The position numbers and the translations under genes were made by a program. 64,000 bases of DNA from positions 40,962,256 to 41,026,255 of the forward strand of contig NC_057732.1 of NCBI RefSeq assembly GCF_004010195.1, written 5' to 3'. Positions 49,051 through 61,006 of this stretch are shown here, piece after piece. Position 1 is the first letter of the stretch, and each line of letters begins with the position of its first letter. A model generated the notes under the pieces. It had not been told where the DNA came from. It worked only from the letters and a program-made list of their open reading frames with translations, and did not search any database. This DNA is from Chiloscyllium plagiosum. Taxonomy: Eukaryota.

Positions 49051-50944
49051 ACCTCCCCACAATTGTTTTTTTTTCTGTTATTAAATGTAGTATTATCAAT
49101 GTAAATCATTTTTACAGAAGGTTAGATAATGATACTGTAAATGCCCCATTTCACATTTGAAGGTGAATGATTTGAGCCAAGGCTGCTTCAAGCCTACAAT
49201 TTCAGGTCCGGTCAGTCAATTTTACCAATTTCTTTCACTGTGGGGAATCTCACTTGTCAAAAGCACCATAAAAAGTACAAATGTATTGGATGCTATTTTT
49301 CCTCAAGCTATGTCACTGTTCAAACCGTTCTACAGGCTCTCTTTGTTCTGTTATTTTAGCAATACCTGTTTCCTCCATTCTGGGATCACTTCCAGCTTCT
49401 AGATACAAGACAAATGTGTGGGAAAGTATTATGGCATAATATTCCTCCAAGTTTCTAATTAAAAAGATGTCTATTGGAGGTGTAGGTGTGTACTAAGGAT
49501 TTCTGACCCTTATTTGTGCTCATACCTTAAACAGTTCATAAGTATTGAGGGCCTGGGGCTCTGTCAGCACAACTCTCGAAAGCAATAAATAATCTGGATG
49601 AATTGATGTGTCTGATTAGCCTTTTATTAAATTCCATATACAAGCAGTGACAAAATATACACAGGTAAAGGCAGGAGTCAATAGCACCAATATAGAAACA
49701 ACACCCATCTCCCAGCAGGTGAAATGTCTAAGCAAATTTGAAGCAAATTAAATCAGATGAAGACTATCACTCAGCCTGTGTAAGATCAGTCATCCAAAAA
49801 AACTTACATCCATCCATCAAACCTTACAAACATCTTTTAATTAAGTCCAAATACTGATTCCTAACTAGCTCACATGGAATCCATTCCAAGTATAAAACAC
49901 ATGAACTGTTGCATATCGTTCCAAAATTTATCTCTTGCTGTTTTGACCCTGTGATGCTTTGTGCTGCTGGCATAACCTTGTTATATTGTCCATAAACTTG
50001 AACTCATCCAAAATTGTTATGCCCTATCCTAAATTTTAAAAGATTCCATTCACAACATACATTAGGTCCTCATAAAACAATGTTTGATTTTGAAATTCTG
50101 TGTTTGCTTTCAAATGCTTCCATGGCTTTGTACCTCACACTCTCTATGACATTCTCCAACCCTACAGGTTTCTCAGATCTCTGCTTTCCACCAATTCTGG
50201 CCTTTTGCACAGTCCTGCTTTTAATCAATCTTTATTGATGGCAGTGCCTTCAGCTGCATGGGCTCTAGGCTCTGAAATTCCCTCCATAAATCTCTCAGCC
50301 TCTTTTAAGATACTGTATAAAACGTATCTCTTTGACCAAGTTTATGGCTATTTATCATATTATCTCTTTACATCCTGTGGTGTCAAATTTTGTTTGATAG
50401 TTGCTTCTGTGAAGCATCTTAGGATATTTAATACACTAAAAGATATAATATAAATATCAACTTGTCTGACTGTAAAGGAAAGACTGACTTGCTTCAAAAT
50501 AATGTGAGGTTCTTTTGAAGCTTACAAGAACCCAATAGGCATGCTGAAATGCAAAGCTATGGAACTATTTATGGGGGATACAAGGAAATCTTGCAGTTTA
50601 TGATGGTCAGTCCTCCTCTGCTTAATAGCTCAGTTTATCTTTCAGCCACAAGATTTTTCATCCATCCATTAACTTCACTATATAGGAATTTGCAGACAGC
50701 ATCATAATGAAATTTCATTTGGTTACTAACTCCATGTCAAGAATGTGAGATTACATTATATTGTCCTTATATGTGTGAAGCTACTTAAGGTAATTACAGT
50801 GGGCTGAATCTTATCTTTTTTTTGGTTAGGTGTCACTTTTGTCAGGTTTCTAACTGTGTGGGTAGTGGGTTTTCTCACCACATCTTAATAATCTCACCTC
50901 TTTACCTACACCACCCCTATGTCGGTGTCTCCACAGTCTTTGTA

Positions 50945-51202
50945 TGGAACTTGCATGTTCTCCCCATGTCTGCATGAGTTTTCGCCAGTTGCTCCAGTCC
51001 AAAGATGTGCAGGTTAGGTGGATTGACCATGCTAATTTGTCCTGTAATATCCACGGATGTGCGGTTTGGGTGGATTAGCCATGGTAAATACAAAGTTACA
51101 GCAATAGGATGGGGAGCTGGCTCTCAGTAGGATGCTCTTCGAAGGCTCAGTGCAAACTCAATGGGCTGAGTGGCCTTTTCCTGCACTGCAGGGATTCTAT
51201 GA
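50945..51202 (+). mobile_element. HE1 V-SINE, 5'-truncated
   Basis: ttgcatgttctccccatgtctgcatgagtttt...ccaaagatgtgcaggttaggtggatt...gcactgcagggattctatg. Confidence 0.8.
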
Positions 51203-51438
51203 TACAACTACTATGATATTATTAGGCCACTCTCATCTGATTCTAGTCCTTTTCAACAGTTTGCTTTATCTGGAACATCTCAATGAACCTGGTGCCAGAA
51301 GCATCTTTAAAAGGTCAATATATACCTGGACCAGCACTGTCAGTCTGGAGCAGCCTCACACAGTTCCTGACTGTTGTCCTGAAATGGCAGAAATAGAAAA
51401 TTGGCACCCCACTTTGCCAAAAGGGACATGGAGGTCTT

Positions 51439-51754
51439 AGAACATAGAACATAGAAGAATACAGCGCAGTACAGGCCCTTCGGCCCTCGATGTTGCCCAC
51501 CTAACCTACACTAGCCCACTATCCTCCATATGCCTATCCAATGCCCGCTTAAATGCCCATAATGAGGGAGAGTCCACCATTGCTACTGGCAGGGCATTCC
51601 ATGAACTCACGACTCGCTGAGTAAAGAACCTACCCCTAACATCTGTCCTATACCTACCCCCCCTTCATTTAAAGCTATGCCCCCTTGTAATAGCTGACTC
51701 CATACGTGGAAAGAGATTCTCACTGTCGACCCTATCTAAACCCCTAATCATCTT
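51439..51754 (-). mobile_element. Young CR1 3' fragment splitting the Harbinger Myb ORF
   Basis: agaacatagaacataga tail; CpGs intact; tctt is present at both junctions. Confidence 0.85.
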
Positions 51755-53830
51755 GGTGAACAGGGAGGTGCAAAGATGGGATGTCTTCTTTTCCCAGGAC
51801 CAATAGTAGAGGCCACAACATCAGACCATACCAGCTTGGTCTGACCCTAGCTGCCATCTGCTGGTGCCTGATGTTCAACATGGAAGTCCTTTGGTACCCA
51901 TTCTGACCTCCACATCGAGGATTCATGACTTCCACCTTGGATGGCGTAATAGTCAGCTGCATAAATATGAGGCAAGATGTAGAACTAATAATGTTGTTAA
52001 CAAGCAAACATGCCTCCCAATACACAACTCACTGCTGCCCAGAGAGAATCTTGCCTCGATGCCTGTATCTGTTAAAAGACACAGTGAGTTGTTTCCAACC
52101 TGACTTCTTACATGATTCTGCCAAATTTTCCACCATAGCCAATATTATTCAGGCCCATTTAGGATTCCATCCTGTCTTTGAATCCTCATGACCATTTCAA
52201 TGGAGGATGTAACCAGGGAAAGAATGGCCAAATATACCAATCAAATACATTTATGCAGCAATATTTCTCAGTTCGGTAATAAGCACAGACAGTAAAGTTT
52301 ACTAATATAAAGTAAAAAGTGAACTGTCTGCCCAGATAAAGATTGAGGCCCAGAGGCTTGGTCTTACCTCATCTGGTTTTCTCAGGTTTCTGAATGGATG
52401 ATTTTCTTGCCTTCGCTTCCCTTGATCCCATCTTTCCCAAAAGTGAGTGAACATGTATCTTTCCATGGCATACGGAACCTTCTTGGGATCAATGCTATGG
52501 TAATCTTCAGTGGGAATTATGTCTAAATACCTGAGAGAAAATGTCAGGGGTTTTGATTTATTTCTGCTACACAATTAATGGAAACATTAAAATTGACATG
52601 TTCACACCCAAAAGCTGGAATCCCACCAGACTAACGAGTGCTAGCCCTCTCCCTTTCTCTCATAGATGGGTTTAATTAACCTGTTCACATGTTACCTTTG
52701 AAGCAGATGAGACTTCAACCCAGGCTGCCTGGCTCAGAGGCAGGGACATTACGAATGCATCATAACAAACTTCCTTCTCGCTTTTAAAGTTGGTAAATGA
52801 TCCATCCAACCTGGATATTAGGGCCAATGTGAATAACATCTGTCCTCAGAATGATTGCTTTGTAAATATTCTTGAAAAGTGGAACAAGATGCAGGTTTGG
52901 ACTAAAGTCTCTTAGATGTAAGGAAATACTCAAATAACTATATTTTCATTGCAGAAAAGTAGACTTAGAGGGATTTGATCCAGATTTGTGAAACTAATGG
53001 CAATGTTGGAAGATGAGTAACTTTAACATTTAAAGCAATCTAGGATCAATAGTTTTTTGTTAGATGATGGTATCAAGGAATTTGAAGCAAAGAAAATCAA
53101 ATCAAGTTGAGGTACAGATCAGTTATGATCTAACCAAGTGGATTTATTGAGTGAACTGCTTCCTCCTGTACCTATGCCTATTCAACTAAAAGCCAAATGC
53201 TGAGATTTTATATTTTAGAACTCCTGTTATAGATGGGATTGGAGAAGCAAAAGTCTGGCAATCTTCCATTCTGAGACTTAACTGAAGTGGAGCTTTCATT
53301 GCAAAAATCCAATACCTCCAGTATTTAAATTTCCAACTAATGAAATTAATTGGCTGAAAATTGTGGTTTGGAAGGGCAGGACGTTATAAAACATGCTGAA
53401 TAGAAAATCCCAGCATCAATTAATAGAACATCAATTTACCTGATGTAAAACCTGGAAGAAAGTTAATTTTTTTTTTCCACAGTTTGGAATGCATAGAACA
53501 GTTTCAAACAAACAAACTAATAGCACATCAATTTACACCAATAACAAAAAGTTCTGGAGAAACACCCAGGAATAACTATAGATGAAGATAATTAATTTGT
53601 GTGGCATAACAGGCCCTGGTATGTACACAGGCAGGTTTTGTGAGTGAGGTTCAGCACCAAAAATACTCCAATAATGAGCACAGTGTATTCCACATACTCA
53701 TGATGGTCACACTGGTACAAGACCTAATACATTTTGAAGCAGTGTTTCTGTTACTTGGATTGAACAGAGAGAGAATTGTGACATAACCAAGTGAAAACCA
53801 GCAACACTGTTGTTACATCTCTGGAAATAT

Positions 53831-53980
53831 AGCTGAAAATGTGTTGCTGGAAAAGCGCAGCAGGTCAGGCAGCATCCAGGGAACAGGAGAATCGACGTTT
53901 CGGGCATAAGCCCTTCTTCAGCCCTTCCAGCAACACATTTTCAGCTCTGATCTCCAGCATCTGCAGACCTCACTTTCTCC
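53831..53980. mobile_element. Young fold-back Penelope mini-element, hammerhead core on the minus strand
   Basis: TSD TCTCTGGAAATAT (53818-53830, 53981-53993); the reverse complement of 53894-53921 is CTGAAGAAGGGCTTATGCCCGAAACGTC. Confidence 0.9.
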
Positions 53981-54360
53981 TCTCTGGAAATATATCCTTA
54001 TATGACACCGTGGAGGGTAACTGTAAACTAATCTAAAGTAAGATCAAGCTGGATGTAGTACAGACAGATAATCAGATCTTGTTTAGTTGATGTCCAGCAA
54101 ATAAGGTTCAGGTTACCCTAGTTTCTCCAGGAAAGGTATTTGGTCATTGCGGAAAAGAGGTGCTTAAAGAAGAACATCATCAAAGGGTCCGAGTAAAAAA
54201 TCCTAGCTGCCCTTGAGGCTATAGCCACCTCTAAATTCCCTCCAATGTAGAGTAAACTAGAATTATAACAATTTAATATTGACTATTTTCTTGCAATTCA
54301 AAAATTGCTAATATTTAGATTCATAAGTGGGTATTTTTTAATGATGTTTGCAAATATTAG

Positions 54361-54570
54361 TGATGTGGAGGTACCGATGTTGGACTAATGTGGGCAAGGT
54401 CAAAAGTAACATGACACCAGGTTATAGTCCAAAAGGGTTATTTGAAATCACAAGCTTTCAGAGTGCTGACCTGACCTGATACTTCACCTGACAAAGGAGC
54501 AGGGATCTGAAGGCTTTTGATTTCAAATAAACCTATTGAACTATAAAAAGTGGTGTGTATGCTTTCTGAC
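54361..54570. mobile_element. Fold-back Penelope-derived mini-element (fourth family)
   Basis: Arms tatagtccaaaagggttatttgaaatcacaagc and gcttttgatttcaaataaacctattgaactata; degenerate core CTGACAA-AGGAGCAGGGATCT-GAAGGCTT; direct repeat tttgcaaata at 54347 and 54571. Confidence 0.65.
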
Positions 54571-57066
54571 TTTGCAAATACTAACTAAAACATTTCAATT
54601 CCTTGAAGGATTTGGGGATCTGCTAGAAGTACCTGTTGTATGCTTCCAACTCCATTGTTAAGTTGTCTTCGTAATCCAACTGTCCTTTTTGAAGGTTCCT
54701 GTGAAATGCATCAATATGGGGTTACAAAGGTGAGGCATTAGGCATGCCAATTCATAATAGCTCATATCTACAACCAAAATTTTGGACTACAGTTCTTTAC
54801 ACGAAGAAGGGTAAACACATTGGAATGGGTAGAGTAGAGGAGGCAGAAGTCCAGGAATTGTGCCGGAAATGGATGATGTATCAGAGAGGAATATTATTGC
54901 ATGTATGGACTATGACAGACCTCATGACTTCCCTCACCCTTATCCACCTTCTGGTCTGGCACTGTTGAGATCCAAGCAAAGGACATGGAAATGATAAAAG
55001 TCAGTCATAGGCTGAATGGTCTCTTTTAGTTTTGTTAAATACTGTCATATCTGTGCTGGTTCTTTAAAAAAAGTCAAATAGTCTCAATCCCTGCTTTTCA
55101 CAAAAGCCCTACAAACCTTGCCTTTTCAAATCTGCATTCACTCTGATTTGAAAGTTGCGAATGAATGTGTTTCCAAAACCCTTTCAAAAATAGAATTTAC
55201 ATTTATTTATATAGCATTGTTCATTAACTCAACTTTCAAGATTTTTGCAGCCAAGAAAATTCATTTATTGATGTGTAGCCACAGATACAATATAGGACAT
55301 GCAAAATTACACAGTGAGTTCCCATTAACAACAATGTGACAATGACCAGATAATATTTTCTTCAGTGATGTTGATAAGCAATAAGTATTGGACAGAATAT
55401 CAGTGATAAATTATTTTGTGTTTTATGAGTTTATTCATGGGATATAACCATCACTGATTAGGCCAGAATTTATCACACATCCCCAATTGCTCTTGAAAGT
55501 GTTGTGATTTGCTGTCTTCTCAATCTGCTGCAGTATATATGGGTTAAGTGGCCAACAGTATTGTTGTAAATGGGGTTCCAGGATTTTGACCCAACCACAA
55601 TGAAGGAACTGCAATAGACTGCCCCATCAGGATGGTGTGTGGAATGAAGGGAAACGTGCAGGTGGTAGCAGTCCCATACACCTACTGCCCTTGTCCTCCT
55701 AGGTGGTGAAGCTCACAGGTTTCAAAGGTGCTGTTGAAGGAGCTTTGCTCTTCTTTTCTTCAAAATAGTGCCAGGGATAATAAAGATATAAGAACTTAAA
55801 CACATCTCTCAATGACCGCTTTACATGGAGATATAGTGGAGGCTTCAATAGTGACCTTTCAGGTATGACTGGAGTCAGGGAGGGTCTCAGAGGACTGGAA
55901 AATTGATAATGAACCCCCCCCCCCTCCCCCCCCAGTTTAAGAAGGGAGCAAAGCAAAAGATGGGAAATTATAGGCTGATTAGCCTGACCTCAGTTGTTGG
56001 TAAGATTTTGGAGTCCATTATGAAGGATGAGATGTCCGAATACTTGGAAATGCATGGTAAAATAGGGCAAAGTCAGCATGATTCCATCAAGGGGAGATCA
56101 TGCCTGACGTATCTGTTGGAATATTTTGAAGAGCTAATGAGCAGGTTAGACCAAGAAGAGCCAATCGATGTTATCAATCTGGACTTCCAGAAGGCCTTTG
56201 AAAAGGTGCCGCACAGTAGGCTGCTGTGTGAGATAAGGGCCTGTGTGTTAGAGGCCAGGTACTAGCACAGATAGAGGATTGGCTGTCTGGCAGAAGCAGA
56301 GAGTGGGGATGAAAGGGTCCTTCTCAGGATGGAAACCCATGGCTAATGATGTTCCACAAGGGCCGGTATTCAGAACAAAACTTTTCACTGTATACATTAA
56401 TGATCTGAATGAAGGAACTGAGGGCATACTGACTACATTTGCAGATGCTACAAATATAGGTGGAGGGGCAGGTAGTATTGAGGAGGTGGGGGAGGCTGCA
56501 GAAAGATTTATTCAGGTTAGGAGAGTGGGCAAAGAAGTAGCACTTGAAATATAACGTGGGAAAGTGTAAAGTCATGTATTTTCGCAGGAAGGATAGAAGC
56601 ATGGACTATTTTCTAAATGGGGAGAAAATTCAGAAATCTAAATGCAAAGAGACTTCAGAGTCATAGTCTAGGATTCTTTTAAGGTAAACTTGCAGGTTGA
56701 ATCAGCAGTGAGGAAGGCAAAAACAATGTTGTCTTTCATAGAGTCATAGAAATGTATAGCATGAAAACAGACCCTTTGGCCCAACTCATCCACACCGACC
56801 ACATAGGCGAAAGTGAGGACTACAGATGCTGGAGATTAGAGTCAAGAGTGTGGTGGTGGAAAAGCACAGCAGGTCAGGGAGCATCTGAGGAGCAGGAAAA
56901 TCGACATTTCAAGCAAACGCCCTTAATCAGGAATTAGGTTGGGAGCCTCGGGGTGGAGAGATAAATGGGAGGGGGTGGGGCTGGGGGAAGATAGCTGAGA
57001 GTGCAATAAGTGGATGGAGGTGGGGGTAATGGTGTTGGTCGGAGGGGAGGGTGGAGCTCCTCAGGT

Positions 57067-57463
57067 NNNNNNNNNNNNNNNNNNNNNNNNNNNNNNNNNN
57101 NNNNNNNNNNNNNNNNNNNNNNNNNNNNNNNNNNNNNNNNNNNNNNNNNNNNNNNNNNNNNNNNNNNNNNNNNNNNNNNNNNNNNNNNNNNNNNNNNNNN
57201 NNNNNNNNNNNNNNNNNNNNNNNNNNNNNNNNNNNNNNNNNNNNNNNNNNNNNNNNNNNNNNNNNNNNNNNNNNNNNNNNNNNNNNNNNNNNNNNNNNNN
57301 NNNNNNNNNNNNNNNNNNNNNNNNNNNNNNNNNNNNNNNNNNNNNNNNNNNNNNNNNNNNNNNNNNNNNNNNNNNNNNNNNNNNNNNNNNNNNNNNNNNN
57401 NNNNNNNNNNNNNNNNNNNNNNNNNNNNNNNNNNNNNNNNNNNNNNNNNNNNNNNNNNNNNNN
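57067..57463. other. Assembly gap (N run)
   Basis: 397 N. Confidence 1.
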
Positions 57464-58095
57464 GTATGCTTTCCTTTATTGGTCAGAGTATTGAGTACAG
57501 GAGTTGGGAGGTCATGTTGTGGCTGTACAGGACATTGGTTAGGCCACTGTTGGAATATTGTGTGCAATTCTGGTCTCCTTCCAATCGGAAAGATGTTGTG
57601 AAACTTGAAAGGATTCAGAAAAGATTTACAAGGATATTGCCAGGGTTGGAGGATTTGAGCTATAGGGAGAGGCTGAACAGGTTGAGCTGATTTCCCTGGA
57701 GCGTCGGAGGCTGAGGGGTGACCTTATAGAGGTTTACAAAATTATGAGGGGCATGGATAGGATAAATAGACAAAGTCTTTTCTCTGAGGTCGGGAGTCCA
57801 GAGCTAGAGGGCATAGGTTTAGGGTGAGAGGGGAAAGATATAAAAGAGACCTAGGGGCAACTTTTCCACGCAGAGGGTGGTACATGTATGGAATGAGCTG
57901 CCAGAGGATGTGGTGGAGGCTGGTACAATTGCAGCATTTAAGAGACATTTGGATGGGTATATGAATAGGAAGGGTTTGGAGGGATATGGGCTGGGTGCTG
58001 GCATGTGGGACTAGATTGGGTTGGGATATCTGGTCGGCATGGATGGGTTAGACCGAAGGGTCTGTTTCCATGCTGTACATCTCTATGACTCTATG
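57464..58095 (+). mobile_element. CR1 (HER1-like) 3' fragment lying inside the Penelope element
   Basis: MLSFIGQSIEYRSWEVMLWLYRTLVRPLLEYCVQFWSP..., with 3' UTR and ctatgactctatg tail. Confidence 0.9.
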
Positions 58096-60792
58096 TTCTC
58101 TGAAGCACTCTGCGAGTGGGTGTCCAGTCTCCCCAGTGTAGCGGCGATCACATCAGGAGCAACGGATACAGTAAATGACGCTTGGAAGTGCAGGTGAAAC
58201 TTTGATGGATGTGGAAGGCCCCTTTGAGGCTTTGGACAGAGGTGAGGGGGGAGGTGTGGGTGCAGGTTTTGCAATTCATGCGGTGGCAGGGGAAGGTGCC
58301 AGGAGAGGAGGGTGGGTTGTTGGTGGGCTTGGACCTGACAAGGCAGTTGCAGAGGTATGGTCTTTATGAAAAGTGGATAGGGGTAAGGAGGGAAATATAT
58401 GTCTGGTCGTGAGGTCTGTTTGTAGGTGGTGGAAATGATGGAGGATGATGTGATGTATACGGACCTTGGTGGGGTGGAAGGTGAGAACCAGGAGGGTTCA
58501 GTCCTTGTTGCGGTTGGAGGGGTGGGGTTCAAGGGCAGATGTGCAGGAAGTGTATGAAATACGCTGGAGGGGATCTTCAACCACGTGGGAGGGGAAATTG
58601 TGGTCTTTGAAGAAGGAGGCCATCTGGTGTTCTGTGGTGGAACTGGTCCTTTTGGGAGCAGATGCGGTGGAGGCGGAGGAATTGGGAATAAGGGATAGCA
58701 GTTTTGCAGGAGGCAGAGTGGGAGGAGGTGTAATCCAGGTAGCTGTGGGAGTCAGTGGGTTTGTAGAAAATGTCAGTTTTGAGTCAGTCACTGTTGGTGG
58801 AGATGGAGAGGTCCAGGAAGGAGAGGGAGGTGTCGGAGATGGTCCAGATGAATTTAAGGTCGGGGTGGAATGTGTTGGTGAAGTTGATGAACTGTTCAAT
58901 CTCCTCGTGGGAGCATGAGGTGGTGCCAATGCAGTCATCAATGTGGCGGAGAAAAAGGTGGGGAGTGGTGCCGGTGTAACTCCGGAAGATAGACTTTTCC
59001 ATGTAGCCAACATAGAGACAGGCATACCTGTCCATCTTCCTTCCCACCTAATTGCTCCACCCTCCCCTCTGATCTATCACCATTATCCCCACCTCCATTC
59101 ATCTATTGCTCTCGTAGCTACCTTGCCCCCAGTTCCACCCCCTCCCATTTATCTCGCCACCCCCCGAGGCTCCCAGCTCATTCCTGATGAAGGGCTTTTG
59201 CCTGAAACATCAATTTTCCAGATACTCGGATGCTGCCTGACCCGCTGTGCTTTTCCAGCACCACACTCTCGACCCATGCTGACCACATATCCTAACCTAA
59301 TCTAGTCTCATTTGCCAGCACTTGGCCCATATCCCTCCAAACCCTTCCTATTCATATACCTATCCAGATGCCTTTTCAATGTTGTAATTGTATCAGCCTC
59401 CACCACTTCCTCTAGAAGCTCATTCCATACATGCTCTGTGTGAAAAAGTTGCTCCTTAGGTCCCTTTTATACCTTTCCCCCCTTAATCCTAAAACTATGA
59501 CCTGTAGTTCTGGACTCCCCCACCTCAGGGAAAATACCTTGTCTATTTATTCCATCCATGCCCGCTATAAGGTCGCCCCTCTATAAGGTCACCCCTCAGT
59601 CTCTGACGCTCCAGGGAAAACAGCCCCAGCCTATTTGGCCTCTCCCTATAGCTCAAATCCTTCAACCCTGCAACATCCTTGTAAATCTTTTCTAACCCTT
59701 TCAAGTTTCACAATAGTCTTCCAATAGGAAGGAGACCAGAATTGTACACAATATTTCAAAAGTGGCCTAACCAATGTCCTGTATAGTCGCAACACGACCT
59801 CCCAACTCCTGTACTCAATACTCTGACCAATAAATGAAAGCAAACCAAATGCCTTCTTTACTATCTTATCTACCTGCGACTCCACTTTCAAGGAACTATG
59901 AACCTGCATACCAAGGTCTCTTTGTTCAGCAACACTCTCCAGGACCTTACCATTAAGTGTATAAGTCCTGCTAAGGTTTGCTTTACCAAAATGCAGCAGC
60001 TCACATTTATCTAAATTTGAACTCCATCTGCCAGTCCTCGGCCCATTTGCCCATCTGGTCAAGATCCCGTTTTACTCTAAGGTAAAAGTCTTCGCTGTCT
60101 ACTACACCTCCAATTTTGGTGTCATCTGCAAACTTACTCACTATACTTCCTATGTTCATATCCAAATCATATGTATAAATGACAAAAAGCAGTGGACCCA
60201 GCACCATTCCTTGTGGTACACCACTGGTCACAGGCATCCAGTCTGAAAAGCAACCCTCCACCACCACCCTCTGTCTCTCATCTCGAGAGGACTAGAATAT
60301 AAAAGCAAGGATGTACTTCTGAGGCTTTATAAGGCTCTGTTCAAACCACATTTAAAGTACTGTGAGCAATTTTAGGCCCCATACCTCAGGAACGATGCAC
60401 TGGCCCTGGAGCGGATCCAGAGAAAGTTCACAAGATAGGTCCCAGGAAGACTTAACATATGAGGAACATTTGAGGACTCTGGGACTATACTCGATGGAGT
60501 TTAGAAGGATGAGGAGGGATTGGATTGAAACTTACAGAATACTGAACAGCCTGGACAGAGTGGACATTGAGAAGATGTTTCCATTAGCAGAAGAGACAAA
60601 GATCGAGCTTTAGAGTAAAGGGAAGACTGTTTAGAATGGAGAGTGGTGAACCTGTGGAAATCATTGCCACAGAAGGTTGTGGAGGCCAGATCATTGAGTA
60701 TATTTAAAACAGAGATCGATAACTTCTTGATTGCCAAGGGGATCAAAGATTACAGGGAGAAAGTGGGAAAATGGGGTTTTGAAACCTATCAG

Positions 60793-61006
60793 AGCTGAAA
60801 ATGTGTTGCTGGAAAAGCGCAGCAGGTCGGGCAGCATCCAAGGAGCAGGAGAATCGACGTTTCGGGTATGAGTCCTCATTCCTGAAGAAGGGCTTACGCC
60901 CGAAATGTCAATTCTCCTGTTCCTTGGATGCTGCCTGACCTGCTGCGCTTTTCCAGCAACACATTTTCAGCTCTGATCTCCAGCATCTGCAGCCCTCACT
61001 TTCTCC
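60793..61006. mobile_element. Fold-back Penelope mini-element
   Basis: 15-bp TSD TTTGAAACCTATCAG (60778-60792, 61007-61021); core CTGAAGAAGGGCTTACGCCCGAAATGTC at about 60882-60909. Confidence 0.9.

Larger units (their letters stand above)
50801..52351 (+). mobile_element. Decayed PIF/Harbinger DNA transposon, copy 2, with nested HE1 and CR1 inserts
   Basis: Left end GGGCTGAATCTTATCT; putative right TIR (reverse complement) GGGCCTCAATCTTTATCT; frameshifted MAEIE(K)LAPHFAKRDMEVL|VNREVQRWDVFFSQDQ**RPQHQTIPAWS, homologous to copy 1. Confidence 0.6.
56806..59272 (-). mobile_element. Penelope-like retroelement, 5'-truncated with inverted pLTR; RT plus GIY-YIG remnants
   Basis: YACLYVGYMEKSIF...FLRHIDDCIG...FLDLSIS (58784-59047); GIY-YIG block VIYCIRCS*C...YTGETG at about 58110-58178; termini are inverted copies; imperfect TSD ccacaccgaccacata / ccatgctgaccacata. 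Confidence 0.9.
56737..60277 (-). mobile_element. CR1 (HER1-like) LINE, pieces 59273-60277 and 56737-56805, split by the Penelope element
   Basis: GVPQGMVLGPLLFVIY, KFADDTK and RPLLKYCVQFWSP; the 3' UTR continues across the Penelope insert. Confidence 0.9.

Noticed and set aside
51860-52330. HARBI1-like transposase within Harbinger copy 2
   Set aside because: No IDCTH, NRKG or GDxGY-type motifs were recognisable in the translations I examined.
57010-57690. Long ORFs spanning N runs (also 29656-30238)
   Set aside because: Artefacts of translating assembly gaps.
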